Positions 19,686-30,734 are shown, numbered from the stretch's first letter. The stretch: DNA of 64,000 bases from Candidatus Tectimicrobiota bacterium (GCA_016192455.1 JACPUC010000019.1:62001-126000); one strand, 5' to 3'. The notes: generated by a model from the letters alone, not told the origin. Program-made: numbers and translations.

Positions 19686-20933
19686 ATGAGTTCGCCACCT
19701 CGCGCCATGCGTTTCCTCCCGCCGCTCGCCGCCCTGCTGCTCGTCGGCAGCCTGACGCTCCTCGGCCCCGGCGCGCCGCCTGGCTGGGCGGCCGACCCCA
19801 TCCTGATCGGCGAGATCAACTCGTACAGCGGCGTGGCGTCCGCCTTCACCGCGCCGTACCGCGAAGCCATCAAGATGGCCGTCGAGGAGATCAATGCGCG
19901 CGGCGGCGCGCTGGGACGCCCGATCGAGGTCCTCTTCCGCGACGATAAGCTGCGTCCGGATGAAGGCATCAAGCACGCCCAGGAGCTCGTCGTCCAGCGC
20001 CAGGTGGCGATCCTCGCCGGCACGTTCTCAAGCGCGGTCGGCCTCGCCGTCTCCGAGTTCGCCCGCCGCGCCAAGAAGCTCTTCGTCGCCGCGGAACCCC
20101 TCACCGATGTCCTCACCTGGCAGAAAGGGCATCGCTACGTCTTCCGCGTGCGGCCGAACACTTACGAGCAGGGGCGCATGCTGGCGGAGCGCGCCGCCAA
20201 GCTGCCGCACCGGCGCTACGCGGTGATCGGCCCGAACTACGAGTACGGCCGCAAGGCCTGGGAAGGGTTCTGGAACCGCCTGCGCGAGCTGAAGCCCGGG
20301 GTTGAGATGGTGGCCGAGTACTGGCCGAAACTCGGCGAGGGCGAATACAGCTCCTACATCACCGGCATCCTGAACGCCAAGCCCGAGGTAGTGTACACCT
20401 CCCTCTTCGGCAGCGACTGGATCGCCTTCGTGAAGCAGGCGTCGCCCTTCGGGCTCTTTCAGCGCGCCTTTGTCATCGGCATCCTGCTCGGCGAGCCGGA
20501 GTACATCGAGCCCCTGGGGATGTCGGCGCCCGAGGGGATGCTGGTCACGGGCTACCCCTGGTATGCGATCGACACACCGGCGCACACCGACTTCGTGAAG
20601 CGCTACCGCGAGCGCACCGGCACGCCGCCGCGTCAAGGCTCCCTCGTCGGCTACATCACCCTTCTCTCCATCGCCGCGGCCATCGACCGTGCAGGGTCGC
20701 TGGAGACGGAAAAGCTCGTCACCGCCATGGAGGACCTTGAGGTCAGCACACCGATCGGTCCCATCCGCTACCGCGGCTTCGACCACCAATCGACGATGGG
20801 CGCCTGGATCGGCACCACGAAGCGCGATCCCCAGCGCGGCTTTGGGATCATGATCGACTGGCGCTACGTGCCTGGGGAAGAGGTCCTTCCGGGCAAAGAG
20901 GAGGTGGAGAAGATGCGCCAGGCTGGGCAGTAG
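19686..20933 (+). CDS. Branched-chain amino acid/amide ABC substrate-binding protein (Peripla_BP_6)
   Basis: Signal peptide, IGEINSYS, EINARGG, FRVRP, PNYEYG; start approximate. Confidence 0.88.
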   Translation: MSSPPRAMRFLPPLAALLLVGSLTLLGPGAPPGWAADPILIGEINSYSGVASAFTAPYREAIKMAVEEINARGGALGRPIEVLFRDDKLRPDEGIKHAQELVVQRQVAILAGTFSSAVGLAVSEFARRAKKLFVAAEPLTDVLTWQKGHRYVFRVRPNTYEQGRMLAERAAKLPHRRYAVIGPNYEYGRKAWEGFWNRLRELKPGVEMVAEYWPKLGEGEYSSYITGILNAKPEVVYTSLFGSDWIAFVKQASPFGLFQRAFVIGILLGEPEYIEPLGMSAPEGMLVTGYPWYAIDTPAHTDFVKRYRERTGTPPRQGSLVGYITLLSIAAAIDRAGSLETEKLVTAMEDLEVSTPIGPIRYRGFDHQSTMGAWIGTTKRDPQRGFGIMIDWRYVPGEEVLPGKEEVEKMRQAGQ

Positions 20934-21225
20934 GTGCGGGGACTGAAGCTTCCGGCGGCGGCAAGCGGGTGCCGCCGGGAGTCGACGCCGGCAGCGGCGC
21001 GCTGGCCCACCAGCGCGCCGCGCCTTCACCAGGGCATGGCGTCACCGCAGTTGAGATGAGCGCAGCGCCGTCCCTGCGCTTGGTGAAAAGCACGCAGGAC
21101 CGCCCGCAAGGTCCAGACCGCAGCGCCGACGCGTGACGGCTTCATCTCAGCGCTTCTCGTCTTCCCTTCCCCTGGCGGGCCCCGGCCCGGCCAGGCCGCT
21201 CCGCTGCCGGCTTGAGAAGAAATCC

Positions 21226-23100
21226 ATGCTCCATCTCATCCTCTTCCAGGGTCTTACCGGCCTAGCCAATGCCATGTTCCTCTTTCTCACCGCGGCCGGG
21301 TTGTCGCTGATCTTTGGGGTGACGCGGATCATCAATTTCGCCCATGGCTCCTTCTACATGCTGGCCGCCTACCTCACGTACTCCCTCGGCACGCTCCTGG
21401 CCGGCACTCCCTGGCAGCTCGGGGTGACGCTTGCGGTGGCCCCGTTGGCCGTCGCTCTCCTGGGCGGGCTCATCGAGGTGATTCTGCTGCGGCGCGTCTA
21501 TGCCGCCCCCACCCTGCACCAGCTCCTGCTCACCTTCGCTCTCGTCCTCATCTTCGGCGACGCGGTGGAATACGTGTGGGGCGAGGCGAACCTCAGCGTA
21601 CCCATCCCGGCGCTGCTGGGCGGCTCCGTCCGCCTGCTCGGCCAGCCGTTCCCGCTCTACTACCTCGGCGTCATCGGCTTCGGGCCGCTGATGGCGCTGC
21701 TGCTTTGGCTGCTGATGACGCGTACGCGCTGGGGCATCCTGGTGCGCGCCGCCACGCAGGACCGCGAGATGGTGACGGCGCTGGGGGTCAATCAGAAGCG
21801 TCTCTTCACCACCGTCTTCATCGTCGGCTCCTGGCTGGCCGGGTTTGCCGGCATGCTGGCCGCTCCAATGATCTCCGTGAATCCCGGCATGGACACCACC
21901 GTGATCGTCGAGGCGTTCGTCGTGGCCGTGATCGGCGGCATGGGGAGCTTCAGCGGCTCCCTCCTCGGAGCCCTCCTCATCGGCGAGCTGAAAGCCTTCG
22001 GCATCCTCTTCTTCCCGCGCATTTCCCTCGTCCTCGTCTTTGCGCTCATGGCCGTCGTCCTGGTGGCGCGTCCCTGGGGCTTGCTGGGCAAGGAGGAACC
22101 CCTTACCGCGGAAGGAGGAGAGCTGGCGGCCCTTCAGCATGAAGGGCTGCCGGTGCGCTGGCGGCCCTGGCTGGCGGTGTTTTTGGGGTTGCTGCTGCTT
22201 CCCGCGGTCCTGCCGCCGTTCTACCTCATCATCCTCACCGAACTGTTTGCGGCGGCCCTGCTGGCTGCAAGCCTGAACTTCCTGCTCGGCTACGGCGGCA
22301 TGATCTCCTTCGGCCACGCCGCCTACTTCGGCCTCGGCAGCTATGGAGCGGGGCTCCTCGTGGTGCGGGCCGGAGTCGGCATGCCCTTGGCCTTCCTCCT
22401 CGCGCCGCTGCTGGCGTTGGCCGGGGCGGCGCTTTACGGCGCCCTCAGCGTGCGCCTCAGCAGCATCTACTTCGCCATGCTCACCCTCGCGTTCGCCCAG
22501 ATCACCTACACGATCGCCTACCAGTGGTACGACCTCACCGGCGGCGATAACGGCCTCCTGGGCATCTGGCCGCACCCCACCTTGGCCGACCCAAGCGTCT
22601 ACTACTGGTTTGCCCTCGGCGTCACGACACTCTGTCTGGTGGCGCTCTTCTGCGTCGTCCGCTCCCCCTTTGGGCAATCGCTCCGGGCCATCCGCGACAA
22701 CCCCCTGCGGGCGCAAAGCCTGGGCATCTCAACGCGGCTGCATCAGTGGATCGCCTTCCTCATGGCGGGTCTGTTCGCCGGCATCGCCGGGGCGCTCTTC
22801 GTCTTCCAGAAGGGGAGCACCTTCCCGGATTACCTCTCCGTGGAGAAGAGCATCGAACCGCTCGTGATGATCCTCTTGGGCGGCATCGGCAGCCTGAGCG
22901 GGCCGCTCGTCGGCGCCGCCGTCTTCAAGCTGCTCGATACCATCATCACCCAGTATACGCAGTACTGGCAGGCCCTCCTGGGCGGCATCCTGGTCCTGCT
23001 GGTGGTGAACTTTCCCCGTGGCATCGTGGGGTACGTGCTGCAACTTTGGAGTCGCCGAGGACCGACGGATGACCCAGACGCCGCTGCTCCGCGTGCGTAA
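21226..23100 (+). CDS. Fused LivH-LivM type ABC permease
   Basis: N-half GLSLIFGVTRIINFAHG; C-half GMISFGHAAYFGLG, LTGGDNG, SPFG..LRAIRDN. Confidence 0.9.
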   Translation: MLHLILFQGLTGLANAMFLFLTAAGLSLIFGVTRIINFAHGSFYMLAAYLTYSLGTLLAGTPWQLGVTLAVAPLAVALLGGLIEVILLRRVYAAPTLHQLLLTFALVLIFGDAVEYVWGEANLSVPIPALLGGSVRLLGQPFPLYYLGVIGFGPLMALLLWLLMTRTRWGILVRAATQDREMVTALGVNQKRLFTTVFIVGSWLAGFAGMLAAPMISVNPGMDTTVIVEAFVVAVIGGMGSFSGSLLGALLIGELKAFGILFFPRISLVLVFALMAVVLVARPWGLLGKEEPLTAEGGELAALQHEGLPVRWRPWLAVFLGLLLLPAVLPPFYLIILTELFAAALLAASLNFLLGYGGMISFGHAAYFGLGSYGAGLLVVRAGVGMPLAFLLAPLLALAGAALYGALSVRLSSIYFAMLTLAFAQITYTIAYQWYDLTGGDNGLLGIWPHPTLADPSVYYWFALGVTTLCLVALFCVVRSPFGQSLRAIRDNPLRAQSLGISTRLHQWIAFLMAGLFAGIAGALFVFQKGSTFPDYLSVEKSIEPLVMILLGGIGSLSGPLVGAAVFKLLDTIITQYTQYWQALLGGILVLLVVNFPRGIVGYVLQLWSRRGPTDDPDAAAPRA

Positions 23101-23827
23101 TCTCGCCAAGGCATTCGGCGGCACGCGCGCCGTCGATCACGTCAACTTCGAGCTGCCGGCCGGGCGCGTCCAGGCGCTCATCGGACCCAACGGCGCCGGC
23201 AAGACGACCCTCTTCAATCTGCTCACCGGGCACCTGCGCGCTGACTCCGGCAGCGTCATCTTCAGGGAGAAGGAGATTCTCGGTCTGCCACCCCACGCCG
23301 TCTGGCGCCGCGGTATCAGCCGCACCTTCCAGGTGCCGGCGATCTTCGAGAACCTGACGCTGCTCGAGAACGTGCAGGTGGCGCTGCGCTCGCACGAACG
23401 CCGTCTCCTCCGCCCGCTGCCGCTGGCGCAAGCCCCGACGCGAGCGGCGGAGCTCGTGGCCGCCGTGCAGCTCTGCGAACCGCTGCAGGCGCCGGCATAC
23501 TCCCTCGCCTATGGGAATCGCAAGCGCCTCGAGCTCGCCATCGCCCTGGCGAATGAGCCGGCGCTCCTGCTGCTCGACGAGCCGACCGCGGGGCTGGCCC
23601 CCAGCGAACGCGCGCGCCTCATGCAGCTCGTCCATACCATCGCCACCCGCCAGTCCATCACGATCCTCTTCACGGAGCATGACATGGACGTGGTCTTTGA
23701 ACAGGCGCACTATGTCTTCGTGATGCACCAGGGCAGCCTCATCGAACAGGGAACTCCCGAGGAGGTCCGCGCCAACCGGAGGGTCCAGGAGGTCTACCTC
23801 GGCGAGGCGGAGAGCGGCAGCGTATGA
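23069..23827 (+). CDS. LivG-type ABC ATP-binding protein
   Basis: GPNGAGKTTLFN, SRTFQ, LLDEPTAGL, VQEVYLG. Confidence 0.92.
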   Translation: MTQTPLLRVRNLAKAFGGTRAVDHVNFELPAGRVQALIGPNGAGKTTLFNLLTGHLRADSGSVIFREKEILGLPPHAVWRRGISRTFQVPAIFENLTLLENVQVALRSHERRLLRPLPLAQAPTRAAELVAAVQLCEPLQAPAYSLAYGNRKRLELAIALANEPALLLLDEPTAGLAPSERARLMQLVHTIATRQSITILFTEHDMDVVFEQAHYVFVMHQGSLIEQGTPEEVRANRRVQEVYLGEAESGSV

Positions 23828-24546
23828 TGATGCTGGAAGTGACAAACCTCGAGGTCGCCTACGGTCTCTCCCAGGTGCTGTTCGGCATTTCGCTGCGGGC
23901 CGGATCAGGGGAGATCGTGGCGCTCCTCGGCCGCAACGGCGCCGGCAAATCGACGACCCTGAAGGCGATCATGGGGCTGCTGCCGATCCGGGAGGGGCAC
24001 ATCCACCTGCGCGGCCGGGAGGTGACCGGGCAGCCGCCGTACATCTTGAACCAGCTCGGCATCGGCTACGTCCCCGAGGACCGCCGCATCTTCCACGGCC
24101 TGACGGTGCGCGAGAATCTCCTCGTCGGAGCCCTGCCCGAGCGCCGGCGCTCCAAACGCGGGCGGCAGGACGGCTGGGATTTCGAGCGCGTCTTCGAGCT
24201 CTTCCCCCTCCTCAGCGGCTTGGTGGAGCGCAAGGCCGGCACCCTGAGCGGCGGCGAGCAACAGATGCTGAGCATCGCGCGCACCCTGATGGGGAACCCC
24301 GACGTCCTCCTCCTCGATGAGCCGACCGAAGGACTGGCCCCGAAGATGGTGCACGCCCTCGAAGCCCAGATCGGCAAGCTGCGTGATGCCGGCCTCACCA
24401 TTCTGCTTTCCGAGCAGCGCGTTAAATTCGCGCTGCGCCTGGCCTCGCAAGCGTATCTCCTGGAGCGTGGGCGCATCGTCTTCCACGGCGGCACGGAGGA
24501 GCTGATGGCCAATGAGGCGGTGCGTCGCGCCCACCTCATGGTGTGA
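23824..24546 (+). CDS. LivF-type ABC ATP-binding protein
   Basis: GRNGAGKST, VPEDRRIF, LSGGEQQML, LDEPTEGL. Confidence 0.92.
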   Translation: MMMLEVTNLEVAYGLSQVLFGISLRAGSGEIVALLGRNGAGKSTTLKAIMGLLPIREGHIHLRGREVTGQPPYILNQLGIGYVPEDRRIFHGLTVRENLLVGALPERRRSKRGRQDGWDFERVFELFPLLSGLVERKAGTLSGGEQQMLSIARTLMGNPDVLLLDEPTEGLAPKMVHALEAQIGKLRDAGLTILLSEQRVKFALRLASQAYLLERGRIVFHGGTEELMANEAVRRAHLMV

Positions 24547-24572
24547 GCCCCCTCAGCGTTGGCGCGCATCTC

Positions 24573-25016
24573 TCAGCGCGGCGCTCCCGCGGCAAGGGTG
24601 AGGAGGAGCGCCAGCGCCCCGTTGATGGCGTGGCTGAGCAGGCAGAGTCGGCATGGCAGGCGCAGCACCACCAGCAGCGCATGTGTCAGGTAGACGCCGA
24701 AGCCGACAGCCGTCCAGGCGCCGGTAATGAGCGCCGCGCGCCACGTCCAGTGCCAGGCCGCGAGGGGCGCCGGCCAGAGCGTCCAGAGGAGGATCAGCCC
24801 GTACCACACCAGCCCTAGCAGCGCATTGGGCACCCCCCAGACCGCCGCCTGCGGGGCCTCCAGCACATTCAGGCACCGCGAAGGGGGAACCTCAGTGTTT
24901 CGCCTGCGACGCGCCGCCGAGGCGTAGAAGGCCCAAGTGAAGCGGCCGGCAAGGCAGACCCCCGCAAAGCTCAACAGCACAATTCCAACCCGTAGCGCCT
25001 CCGCAGTCCCCATCAA
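24573..25016 (-). CDS. Vitamin K epoxide reductase (VKOR) family protein
   Basis: Four TM segments, C..VL...(W)GVPNALLG loop motif and CRLC redox motif. Confidence 0.8.
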   Translation of the reverse strand: MMGTAEALRVGIVLLSFAGVCLAGRFTWAFYASAARRRRNTEVPPSRCLNVLEAPQAAVWGVPNALLGLVWYGLILLWTLWPAPLAAWHWTWRAALITGAWTAVGFGVYLTHALLVVLRLPCRLCLLSHAINGALALLLTLAAGAPR

Positions 25017-25739
25017 GCGAGCCTCCCTTCACTCGCGCCGCGCACTCCTCCCTACAAGTCTAGCTCGATAGACAGAAACCGCAGCTTCTTTTCCTTGCCG
25101 CCCCTCGCGAGGAGGCTGTTCCCCCGCGCGCGAGGGGAGGATGGACGGGAGGCAGCCGACCCGCAGGCGCCCAGGCCGGAGCGCCTCGTGACGACACGAC
25201 CGTTTCGCGGTCGACGTTCCGGAGCGCCTCCTGAATCAATCGAGAGGAAGCAGGCCATGGCCGGGCAGGCGGAACGTCTTGCCGGCAGCGCGGAAGAGAG
25301 GTGGCACAGCGGCGGTATGTCGCGCTTCGTCAAGCTCTCTCCGGCGATGGGGCGGCGGGCCGAGCGAGTCTGCCGCGCCCGTTCTGGGCCGGCCTCGGCG
25401 CGGCGTCTGCCGCGCTCCCCTGCCGCGTCGCGAGGCGAAACTTGACCCCTGAGTTGACACAAGGGCTTGTGAAGGTGCTGCGTCGGGTCTAGATTATCGT
25501 ATTACAAACCATAAACCGAAATCTCGTTTACCTGTTCGATCCTAACTCTCCTCTCCCCCAAGTTGAGAGGAGCGCCTGCGCAGGGGCGGGGGATGCCGGG
25601 CGACGCCGCAATGATCCAAGCCCTTCTTCCCAGGGAGTGAGAAAGCGCTACCAGGGAGGCCGCACTGCATAAGCGCCTCTGATCACCGTGCCGGCAGGCA
25701 CGAGGCGCCGGAATCGATAATTGTGGTGGGGGAAGATCA

Positions 25740-26099
25740 ATGAACGAGATCATGATCGTTGATGACGAGCTGGCCATGGTTGAGGTGCTGCGGGAGTTCC
25801 TTACTCCTCTCGGATACCGGGTCGGCGCGGCATGCAACGGCAATGAGGCGCTGGAGCGCATTCGCCGGGAACGACCGCGCGTCGTCCTGCTGGATGTCCG
25901 CATGCCCGGCATGGGCGGCGTGGAAGCCTTGCTTCGCATCAAGGAGGAGATGCCGGAGGTGGCGGTCATCATGCTCTCGGCGGTTCATGAGGACGAGTTG
26001 GCGCGTCAGTGCATGAAGATGGGCGCCTCGGACTACATCACCAAACCGATTGACCTCGGCTACCTGGAGAGAAGCATCATGGCGACCGTGTGCCCGTAA
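25740..26099 (+). CDS. Single-domain response regulator (receiver)
   Basis: IVDDE, LLDVRMPGMGG (phospho-Asp), GASDYITKP. Confidence 0.92.
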   Translation: MNEIMIVDDELAMVEVLREFLTPLGYRVGAACNGNEALERIRRERPRVVLLDVRMPGMGGVEALLRIKEEMPEVAVIMLSAVHEDELARQCMKMGASDYITKPIDLGYLERSIMATVCP

Positions 26100-26781
26100 C
26101 CCGAGCCCGCCCGGCTTCGCGCCTCTCTCCTCCCTGACCACGTTTGCCTCGATTCCCAAGCGGCCTGAGCCTTCCTATCCTGCAGCAAGACAGCGTCGAC
26201 CGCAGCCTACAAATCGACAACCTCATCCCGAATCTCAAAGCCGTGAAGCGCGGCGAGCCGGCGCACCTGGGCGGCCAGTCTGACCAGCTCTGGCACTGGT
26301 AGCGGGAGACGCGCGCCGAGAAAGTCTGCTGGCGCGCGAGCCTGAAGAACCTCGCCGTTTGGCGAGGGAAAGTCTGCCGGCTGGAGCCGTTCGCCCCGCT
26401 TCCCCCGCACGCAACAACGCGGCGGACTTCAGCCGCGCCAGGCTCCCCGCGCCGCGCCACCCCTCCGGGGCGGCAGCTCGGCAGCGCCTGTACGACCTCG
26501 CCGCCATTCCCCTCGCCGGCGCCCCCCCCCCGCGCCTCTCACAGCATCACCAGCAAAGCCGCGTCCGCGGGCTGTAGAACAGCGCCGCACTTGTCAAGGA
26601 GCACAACGATTCACTACTATGCGTGTAATCGTGACTCGAGGCGGCGTCGCTTGCTCACGAATGGACCAGGGGGACTCTCTCCGGCGCGGGGTGGAAGCTG
26701 GAGGCGGTCCTCCCGGGCCCGGCTCGTGGAGCGCGCGCTCGCAACCTTGCGCGAAGAGACCCCGACAGCGAAACCCCTGCC

Positions 26782-27654
26782 ATGTTCCTCCAGCAACTGA
26801 TCAACGGCCTGATGCTCGGCAGCACGTACTCGCTGCTGGCGATCGGCTACGCGCTGGTCTCCGGCGTGCTCGACCTGGTGCACATCGCGCATGGCGAAGT
26901 CTTCATGCTGGGTGCTTTCATCGGCCTGCAGCTCGTGCTCTTCGCCAAGGTGAACTTCTTCGTCGCCATGCTCGGCGCCATGACGGCAACGTTGGTCCTC
27001 GGCATCTTCATCGAGCGTGCCGCCTTCCGTCCCTTGCAGAAGGGAGATTTTCTCTCGCCCCTCATCAGCACCCTCGGCGTGGCTCTTATCCTGCAGGAGT
27101 TCGCGCGCAACGTCTTCGGCGCCCATCCGGTCGGTTTCCCCGCCAGCTTTCAGATAAAAAGCTACCAGCTTGGCTTCCTCACCGTCTCCACCCTGCACCT
27201 CATCATCATCGGGCTGGCCTTCGCCATGATGGCGGCGCTGCACCTCTTCCTGACGCGGACGACGTTCGGTCTCGCCACGCGCGCCACGGCGGAGAACGCG
27301 CTGACGGCGCGCTTCATGGGCATCAACGTCAACGTCGTGGTGGTGGCGACGTTCGCCATCGCCTCGGCCATGGCGGGAGCCGCCGGGGTGCTGCTCGGCC
27401 TGGCCTACAACGCCATCACGCCGGTGATGGGGACGCAGATCGGCTTGAAGGCTTTGGCCATTATTGTCCTCGGTGGCTTCGGGAACATCACCGGCGCCAT
27501 GGCCGGGGGCATCATCCTGGGACTGCTGGAGGTGATGAGCGTGGCCTACGTCTCCTCGACGTATCGCGACGCCTTCTCCTTCGGCATCATCATGCTCATC
27601 CTGATCATCCGACCGACGGGCCTCTTCGGCCACCGGGTGCACAGCGAACAGTAA
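26782..27654 (+). CDS. LivH-type ABC permease
   Basis: QQLINGLMLGSTYSLLAIG, AHGEVFM, LGGFGNITGA. Confidence 0.92.
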   Translation: MFLQQLINGLMLGSTYSLLAIGYALVSGVLDLVHIAHGEVFMLGAFIGLQLVLFAKVNFFVAMLGAMTATLVLGIFIERAAFRPLQKGDFLSPLISTLGVALILQEFARNVFGAHPVGFPASFQIKSYQLGFLTVSTLHLIIIGLAFAMMAALHLFLTRTTFGLATRATAENALTARFMGINVNVVVVATFAIASAMAGAAGVLLGLAYNAITPVMGTQIGLKALAIIVLGGFGNITGAMAGGIILGLLEVMSVAYVSSTYRDAFSFGIIMLILIIRPTGLFGHRVHSEQ

Positions 27655-27702
27655 CCCCCGACGGCGCGCGCCCCGGGGGTCGCGGAACAGAGTTGGTGCG
27701 CC

Positions 27703-28584
27703 ATGCTCAGCGGCTTTACCGAGAGTCTCCTGATCTTCATCGGCCTGAACATCATCCTCGGGCTGAGCGTCTACCCCACGTTCTCCACGGGCCAGATTTC
27801 CCTCGGTCAGGCCGGCTTCATGGCCATCGGGGCCTACTCCTCCTCGATCCTCTCCACGCGCCTCGGGGTCCCCTTCGCGCTGGCCCTGGCCGCCGGCGGC
27901 GCGGCGGCGGCCCTGGTGGGGGCGCTCATCGGCATCCCGGCGGTGCGCGTGCGCGGCATCTACCTCCTCATCGTCACCATCGCCTTCAACGAGATCGTGC
28001 GCGTCTTCTTCCTGAACTTCAAACCGACCGGCGCGGCGACAGGCCTTTGGGGCATGCGGCAGAGCACGAACCTGGCCTGGGTTTACGGCCTCGTCGTCCT
28101 TCTCATCCTCTTCTTTTACAACGTGCAGCGCTCCCGCCTCGGTCGGGCGTTCGAGGCCATCCGCCAGAACGAGGTGGCGGTGGGGATGATGGGGGTGAAC
28201 ATCGCCCGCGCCAAGCTCATGGTCTTCGCTCTCGGCGCCGCCATCGCCGGCCTCGGTGGGGGGCTGTTTGCGCACTACACGCTGTTCATCGAATCGGAGC
28301 TCTTCGGCTTCCCGATGTCCGCCGAGATGATCGTGTACGTGGTCCTGGGCGGCATGGACACCTTCTGGGGTCCGATCGTCGGGGCCATCCTCCTGACCAT
28401 CCTGCCCGAGTGGCTGCGGCTCCTGCATGATTGGCGCATGACCTTCTTCGGCCTGCTGATGATCATCTTCATGATCGTGCGGCCGCGCGGGCTGGTGGGC
28501 AGGGAGACGGTGTCGCAGCTCAGCGCGTTTGTCGTTCAACGGCTTCCGTGGCAGCGTTCGCCGCGAAGCTCGACGATTTCTTGA
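27703..28584 (+). CDS. LivM-type ABC permease
   Basis: GQISLGQAGFMAIGAY, SRLGRAFEAIRQNE, RPRGL. Confidence 0.92.
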   Translation: MLSGFTESLLIFIGLNIILGLSVYPTFSTGQISLGQAGFMAIGAYSSSILSTRLGVPFALALAAGGAAAALVGALIGIPAVRVRGIYLLIVTIAFNEIVRVFFLNFKPTGAATGLWGMRQSTNLAWVYGLVVLLILFFYNVQRSRLGRAFEAIRQNEVAVGMMGVNIARAKLMVFALGAAIAGLGGGLFAHYTLFIESELFGFPMSAEMIVYVVLGGMDTFWGPIVGAILLTILPEWLRLLHDWRMTFFGLLMIIFMIVRPRGLVGRETVSQLSAFVVQRLPWQRSPRSSTIS

Positions 28585-28628
28585 CGCACGTGGATCGCCG
28601 CCGATCCACCACCTTTGGGGGAGAGACG

Positions 28629-29807
28629 ATGCACGCACGTTGCGCAGCACTACGGATTACTTTAGTGGCGCTGACCATCGCCGTGATGCTGGCGGCGCCG
28701 AGCTCCGGCTGGTCGAAGCTGGCCGGCAAAGAGGTCACCCTTGGCATGCTGATCCCCTTGACCGGTCCCCTGGGACCGGAAGCCATCCGCCTGCGCATCG
28801 GGGCGAACCTGGCGGTGCAGGAGATCAACGCCAGCGGCGGCATCGGCGGCCTGCCGATCCGCATCATCGAGTACGATACCCGCAACAACCCCGGCGACGG
28901 CATCCGACTCATCAAGAAGCTGGCCCAGGAGGATAAGGTGCTCGAGGTGATTGGGCCGCTGACGAGCACCGAGTGCGAGATCGTCTTTCCGATCGCCAAC
29001 CAACTCAAGATCGTCGCCACCTCGCCTTCCGCCGCGGCGCCCGGCATCGGCGCCCGCAACCGCCCCTGGGCCTTCCGCACCGCCCTCTCCAGCGAGAAGC
29101 TGAACCGGCCGCTGGTGAAGAGGTGGGTGGCGAAGCACGGCCTCAAGACGGCGGTGATCATCACCGACAGCAAGGACCGCTTCAGCTTCTCCTACGGCAC
29201 GCAAGCTATGCCGCCGCTCCTCGAGGAGGCGGGCGTAAAGATTCTCGATCGCCCCATGTTCGTGCAGGGGGACGTCGATTTCAGCGCCCACGTCACGAAG
29301 ATCAAGACCCAGAAACCCGACGCCCTGGTGGTGGCGGCGCTCTACACCGAGGGCTCCAACATCGTGCGGGAGGTCCGCCGCCAGCAGGTTCCCGTGCAGA
29401 TCATCGGCGGCATCCCTCTGGGCTCGGCGCAGTTCATCACGCTGGGCGGCGAAGCGGTGGAGAACGCCTACGTCGTGTCGAGCTTCTGGGACGGCAATCC
29501 CACCCCCTTCATCAAGCAGTTCATCGACAAGTTCATCGCCGCCCACCCCCAGCAGCAGCCTCCGAACGACACCTCCGCCAATGCTTACGACACCGTCTAC
29601 ATCACCAAGAAGATCATCGAGGCGGGGGGCGTCACGAATAAGCCCGAAGACCTGGCAAGCGATCGCGAGAAGATCCGGCGCGGCTGGGAGTCGCTGAAAG
29701 ACTACCCGGGCGTCGGCGGCACGATGACACTCAACAAGGACGGCGATGCCGAGAAGGAGGGCTACCTCCTGCAGGTGCGCGGCGGCAAGTTCAATCTCGT
29801 CGATTGA
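28629..29807 (+). CDS. Liv-type ABC substrate-binding protein
   Basis: Signal peptide, PLTG, EINASGGIGG, NRPWAFR, DFSAHVTKIK. Confidence 0.9.
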   Translation: MHARCAALRITLVALTIAVMLAAPSSGWSKLAGKEVTLGMLIPLTGPLGPEAIRLRIGANLAVQEINASGGIGGLPIRIIEYDTRNNPGDGIRLIKKLAQEDKVLEVIGPLTSTECEIVFPIANQLKIVATSPSAAAPGIGARNRPWAFRTALSSEKLNRPLVKRWVAKHGLKTAVIITDSKDRFSFSYGTQAMPPLLEEAGVKILDRPMFVQGDVDFSAHVTKIKTQKPDALVVAALYTEGSNIVREVRRQQVPVQIIGGIPLGSAQFITLGGEAVENAYVVSSFWDGNPTPFIKQFIDKFIAAHPQQQPPNDTSANAYDTVYITKKIIEAGGVTNKPEDLASDREKIRRGWESLKDYPGVGGTMTLNKDGDAEKEGYLLQVRGGKFNLVD

Positions 29808-29879
29808 TGCCGCTTCGCCCGCGCAGCCAGGCAGCGCAAGAAGCACCGGCGCGGGCCGTGACATCGGCCCGCGCTCGAC

Positions 29880-30734
29880 ATGGACCAGACTATGGAGTTC
29901 CTCTCCGTCGTCGCCCTGAGCAAGAACTTCGGCGGTCTGCGCGCCCTCCATGAGCTGAACCTCGTCGTGCGCGAGGGGGACGTGTTCGGCATCATCGGAC
30001 CCAACGGCTCTGGGAAGACGACGTTCTTCAACCTCGTGACCGGCATGTTCCCGGCCACTTCGGGCGACATTCGATTTCGCGGCGAGCCGACGAACCTGGC
30101 GCGTCTCCCCTCCCACGAGATTGCCGCGCGGGGAATCAGCCGCACCTTCCAGAACCAACGCCTCTTCGACCGCATGACGGTGCTCGAGAACGTGCTCGTG
30201 GGGATGCACACGCGCCTGCGCAGCGGACTGCTCAGCGCCGCCCTGCGCCTGCCGAGGACGCGGCGGGAGGAGCAGGCCGCCAAGCAGCGCGCCCTCGATC
30301 TCCTCGGCTTCTTCGGCGACCGCCTGCGGCCGCGGGCGGAGCATCCCGCCGCTTCCCTCTCCTACGCCAATCGCCGCCGCCTCGAGATCGCCCGCGCCCT
30401 GGCCTTGCAGCCGAAGCTCCTCCTCCTCGACGAACCGGCGGCGGGGATGAACCCCACCGAGTCCCGCCAGCTCATGGAGGACGTCCGCCGCATTCGCGAC
30501 GGGGGCGTCACGGTGCTGCTCATCGAGCACGACCTCAGCATCGTGGCGGGCATCTGCGATCGGGTGGCCGTTCTCGACCACGGGGAGAAGATCACCGAGG
30601 GCGCCTTCGAACAGGTGCGCGGCGAACCGCGCGTCATTGAAGCCTACCTCGGCCGGAGCGCGCGCCGCGGCGGCAAAGCCCGCGAACGCGGCGGCGGCCT
30701 CGAGGCGGGAGGAGGAGATGCTCGAACTCGTTGA
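29880..30734 (+). CDS. LivG-type ABC ATP-binding protein
   Basis: GPNGSGKTT, SRTFQN, LDEPAAGMN, VIEAYLG. Confidence 0.92.
   Translation: MDQTMEFLSVVALSKNFGGLRALHELNLVVREGDVFGIIGPNGSGKTTFFNLVTGMFPATSGDIRFRGEPTNLARLPSHEIAARGISRTFQNQRLFDRMTVLENVLVGMHTRLRSGLLSAALRLPRTRREEQAAKQRALDLLGFFGDRLRPRAEHPAASLSYANRRRLEIARALALQPKLLLLDEPAAGMNPTESRQLMEDVRRIRDGGVTVLLIEHDLSIVAGICDRVAVLDHGEKITEGAFEQVRGEPRVIEAYLGRSARRGGKARERGGGLEAGGGDARTR

Noticed and set aside
26100-26781. Guanidine riboswitch ahead of the operon containing the DUF1989 gene
   Set aside because: No ykkC or twin ACGR-loop consensus recognised by eye; a covariance search would be needed to exclude it.
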